Positions 60,736 to 64,000 of a stretch of DNA of 64,000 bases are shown piece by piece. The translations under genes were made by a program, and so were the position numbers. The notes beneath the pieces were generated by a model. It worked only from the letters and a program-made list of their open reading frames with translations. It did not search any database and had not been told where the DNA came from. Position 1 is the first letter of the stretch, and each line of letters opens with the position of its first letter. The stretch is from positions 96,001-160,000 of the forward strand of contig CAWDKY010000015.1 in the NCBI GenBank assembly GCA_963802945.1, in the 5' to 3' direction. Source of the stretch: an uncultured delta proteobacterium (lineage in GTDB: Bacteria; Desulfobacterota; RBG-13-43-22).

Positions 60736-61899
60736 ATGGATTTCAGTTTTGATGAAGACCAGCTTTTAATCCAGCAGACGTTTCAGAAGTTCTGCCAGAA
60801 GGAGCTCAATTATGAGTATGTCCGCTGGATGGATGAGAATGTCGATTTTCCCCCGGATGAGCTGTGGCAGAAGTTTGTCGATTTGGGCTACTTTGCGGCC
60901 ACCGTTCCCGAGGAATACGGGGGACAGGGTCTCGGGTATTTCGATAGCATGATCATGTATGAGCAAATCTGCAAGGCCTCCATGTCCGTTGCCCTGGCGA
61001 CGGGCGTCACCTCGGGATTTGGTGTTCGTTTTATCGGAGAACTGGGTACGAAGGAGCAGAAAGAAAAGTGTTTGCCGCTCATCGCCGAGGGCAAGTTTAA
61101 GACCTGCATGGCCTTGACCGAACCGGGCGGCGGGACGGACATTCTGGGCGCTCTGTCCACCTTTGCCGAAGATAAGGGTGATCGCTGGGTGATCAATGGA
61201 CAGAAAATTTTTATTACCGGAGCGCATGTGGCCGATTCCCTGATCACCATTTGCAAGACCGAGCGTGAGGCCAAGAGGAGCCGATCCTGGACTACGATTA
61301 TGGTTCCCCGGGAAAGCCCCGGTATTACCATCCGCAAGATCGGGAAGATCTGTTGCCATCACTGCGAAAGCGTCGAGATTTTCTACGACAACGTGGAGGT
61401 GCCCAAGGAAAATATGCTTGGGACCCGCGGCAACGGCTATATGGAGATCATGACCGTCCTCAATCCCGAACGTATTGGGGTGGCCATGATGGGTGTGGGA
61501 ATTATCGCGGCCATCTATGAACAGTGTTTCAAGTATGTCCAGGAAAGAACCGCCTTTGGCGGGCCGATCAGTCGCTTCCAGATCCTCCAGAATTATCTGG
61601 CCGATATGTATATCAACTTAGAAAATTCAAGGAACCTGACCTACAAGGCCGCCTGGCTGTGCGACAATGGCAAGCCCTATCACCTGGAAGCAACCATGGC
61701 CAAACTGGTTGCGGCAGAGGGCGCGCGGCATGCGGCCACCTATGGTGCGGAAATCTTCGGAGGTTACGGCATCTGCAATGAATATCCCGTTTCCATGTTT
61801 GTAAGAGATGCCTATCAGATTCAGTTTTCTCCTATTTCCAATGAGATGAGCCGGAACATGCTCATGCAGTTCCAGGGATTGCCGAAGTCCTGGGCTTAA
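60736..61899 (+). CDS. Acyl-CoA dehydrogenase
   Basis: PEEYGG, ALTEPGGGTD, NGQKIFIT, LNPERI, R.AFG.PI..FQ, GGYG. Confidence 0.93.
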   Translation: MDFSFDEDQLLIQQTFQKFCQKELNYEYVRWMDENVDFPPDELWQKFVDLGYFAATVPEEYGGQGLGYFDSMIMYEQICKASMSVALATGVTSGFGVRFIGELGTKEQKEKCLPLIAEGKFKTCMALTEPGGGTDILGALSTFAEDKGDRWVINGQKIFITGAHVADSLITICKTEREAKRSRSWTTIMVPRESPGITIRKIGKICCHHCESVEIFYDNVEVPKENMLGTRGNGYMEIMTVLNPERIGVAMMGVGIIAAIYEQCFKYVQERTAFGGPISRFQILQNYLADMYINLENSRNLTYKAAWLCDNGKPYHLEATMAKLVAAEGARHAATYGAEIFGGYGICNEYPVSMFVRDAYQIQFSPISNEMSRNMLMQFQGLPKSWA

Positions 61900-61936
61900 A
61901 AAAAAACATTTAAACCAAAACAAAGGAGGACTCATT

Positions 61937-63484
61937 ATGTACACCTTAGGAGACATAGTCCGGAAATCAGCCCTTCTCTTTCCCGACAACATCGCTACCG
62001 TTTTTGAGGGCACTCGTTTAACCTATCATGCCCTCAATGCTCGCGTGAACCGGCTCGGTAACGCTTTGCTGGCCATAGGACTCGGTAAAAAAGATCGGCT
62101 GACCGTCCTGGCCGAAAACACCCACAAATATCTGGAAATTTATTTTGCGGCCAGCAAGATCGGGATCAGTGTCACGCCCCTTAACTTTCGATTATCGGAC
62201 AAAGAACTCGTCCAAATCATCAATGATTCGGAATCCACCTGCCTCTTCGCCGCCGATGGCTATGAGGACCGGGTTATGAAGATAAAACCGGATCTCAAGA
62301 ATATCAAGCACTGGATTAGCCTGGATAATCCTGTCTCAGGTTATCGCTTCTATGAAGACCTTCTCAAAAGCTCCAGTCCCGATGAACCGGGACGGGATGC
62401 CAATGAAGAGGACCTGGCCATCCTGATGTATACCGGGGGGACTACTGGTGTCCCCAAGGGGGTCATGATGTCGCACCGCAGCCTTATGAATGGGATTGTT
62501 GGCACAACGATCGGGTATTCTTTCAATCGAAATGATGCCACTTGTTTTGTGCTGCCTCTATTCCATGTATCCTTCTGGCCGGCCTTTGCTGTGCTGCTCA
62601 ATGGCGGAAAAGTCGTGATCAACCGCAAACCCGACCTGAACGGCATCCTTCAGCTTATCCAGGATGAAAAATGCACCCATATCAATGCCGTACCGACCTT
62701 GTACGGTTGGCTGCTTCAATTAGCCAATCCGGATGCCTACGATCTTTCCAGTCTGCGGTTGATTACTTATGCGGGCAGTCCCTTTCCTCCCGAACTTCTC
62801 AAACAGTGCATCCTGAAACTCGGCCCCAAGTTCGAACAGGCCTACGGTATGACCGAATGTATCGGAGGGACCGTTTTATTCAAGGAAGATCATATATTGG
62901 AAGGCCCGAAATCCAAGCTCCTGGCCAGTGCGGGGAAAGCCAGCTTAGGGGTCGAAGTGCAGGTAGTGGATGAAGCGGACCGGCCAGTTCAGCCAGCCCA
63001 GATAGGAGAAATCACCATCCGCGGCAAGGTCGTAATGATGGGCTACTGGAAGAATCCAGAACTGACGGCCGCGACCCTCCGGGGTGGCTGGTATCACACC
63101 GGAGACATGGGCTACCTGGACCAGGAGGGGTACCTTTTTCTGGTGGACCGTAAGGCCGATATGATCGTTACCGGCGGGGAAAACGTTTATCCCAAGGAAA
63201 CCGAAGATATTCTCTATCAGCATCCGGCCGTGGCCATGGCCGCCGTAGTTTCCGCTCCGGATGAGAGGTGGGGTGAACGGGTCCAGGCCGTGGTGGTCTT
63301 GAAATCAGATCAACAGGCTACGGAGGAAGAACTGATCGCCTACTGCAAAGAGCGTTTGGCCGGGTACAAATGCCCCAAAGCTGTTGACTTTTGGCCGCAA
63401 CTGCCTACCACCACTGTGGGTAAAATCCTGCGTAAAGATATCAAAAAGAAGTTCTGGGAAGGACGGGAACGATCTATTGGGTAA
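61937..63484 (+). CDS. Long-chain acyl-CoA ligase (AMP-binding)
   Basis: YTGGTTGVPKG, YGMTE, HTGD, DRKAD.IVTGGENV, GKI. Confidence 0.93.
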   Translation: MYTLGDIVRKSALLFPDNIATVFEGTRLTYHALNARVNRLGNALLAIGLGKKDRLTVLAENTHKYLEIYFAASKIGISVTPLNFRLSDKELVQIINDSESTCLFAADGYEDRVMKIKPDLKNIKHWISLDNPVSGYRFYEDLLKSSSPDEPGRDANEEDLAILMYTGGTTGVPKGVMMSHRSLMNGIVGTTIGYSFNRNDATCFVLPLFHVSFWPAFAVLLNGGKVVINRKPDLNGILQLIQDEKCTHINAVPTLYGWLLQLANPDAYDLSSLRLITYAGSPFPPELLKQCILKLGPKFEQAYGMTECIGGTVLFKEDHILEGPKSKLLASAGKASLGVEVQVVDEADRPVQPAQIGEITIRGKVVMMGYWKNPELTAATLRGGWYHTGDMGYLDQEGYLFLVDRKADMIVTGGENVYPKETEDILYQHPAVAMAAVVSAPDERWGERVQAVVVLKSDQQATEEELIAYCKERLAGYKCPKAVDFWPQLPTTTVGKILRKDIKKKFWEGRERSIG

Positions 63485-63516
63485 TGAACCATTATCAAAA
63501 AAAGGAGGGTACGACA

Positions 63517-63615
63517 ATGAATTTCGACAAGCTTTTTGAACCAATCCAGATCGGGACCATGGAGCTGAAAAACCGTATCGCCATCAACGTATGCGGTGGC
63601 GCAGCATTTTATTGA
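63517..63615 (+). pseudogene. N-terminal stub of an NADH:flavin oxidoreductase (Old Yellow Enzyme family)
   Basis: AAGGAGG RBS; MNFDKLFEPIQIGTMELKNRIA matches the typical OYE start, then diverges and stops after 32 aa. Confidence 0.75.
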
Positions 63616-63792
63616 TTATGGAACAAAAATATTTCGTGTTTTGAAGAGGAATACAAATAGGGGGTATCCTGGCTAAAGGCGATGAGGATAAGTATGATAT
63701 GCATACCGATTCCTTTGTGGTCGGCTTTTAGAGGGGATGTGAATGGACATAAAAAAAATATCTTTTTTTGAATAAGAGGAGGGCAACTGAAA

Positions 63793-64000
63793 ATGCGTGA
63801 AAAAAGCAAAGTAAAAAGAATGTTCATCCTTGATGGGGGATCAATCTCTTACGACGTGGGGATGATGATGTATGGGACGGACCTGGACAAGAAAACACGG
63901 GTAGCCACGCCTTTCTACGCTTTTGATACGGAAGAAGGTTGGATCTTGTTCGATACCGGTTGGCCGAAAGAAGCGGTACCTATTCTGGAGATGATCGGTT
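63793..64000 (+). CDS. Metallo-beta-lactamase fold hydrolase (AHL-lactonase-like), N-terminal part
   Basis: AGGAGG RBS; MREKSKVKRMFILDGGSI...PFYAFDTEEGWILFDTGW; runs off the window before any HxHxDH motif. Confidence 0.7.
   Translation, partial: MREKSKVKRMFILDGGSISYDVGMMMYGTDLDKKTRVATPFYAFDTEEGWILFDTGWPKEAVPILEMIG

Overview
A 64-kb chromosomal segment from an anaerobic deltaproteobacterium-like organism (Desulfobacterota-type, inferred from gene content: AhbC, DUF362, DUF6125, IspH-UbiA, tRNA-Sec). It holds glycosyltransferases, tRNA-modification and housekeeping genes, selC, an acetoacetate-CoA ligase, a 4Fe-4S/hypA/hypB operon, a dcw cluster (mraZ to ftsZ, without ddl), a ClpX-like ATPase, ftsH, and an acyl-CoA catabolic operon divergent from two MerR-TetR fusion regulators. 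The most notable signals are three in-frame TGA codons, each followed by a SECIS-like hairpin, that the ORF track misses or truncates. Two form an apparent operon: an FmdB zinc-ribbon protein ending ...GFS-U-AS and an unannotated 50-aa membrane peptide with U-x5-C. The third is a basic 45-aa peptide ending AGC-U-RQ upstream of an Fe-S protein gene. About a dozen frameshifts, mostly single-base insertions and several in essential mur genes, look like systematic sequencing or assembly errors; they also create a false murD-ftsW fusion. Intergenic DNA carries several repeat families: inverted arrays of 7-8-nt repeats, REP-like double hairpins and a MITE-like element. All calls were made by eye, without database searches.
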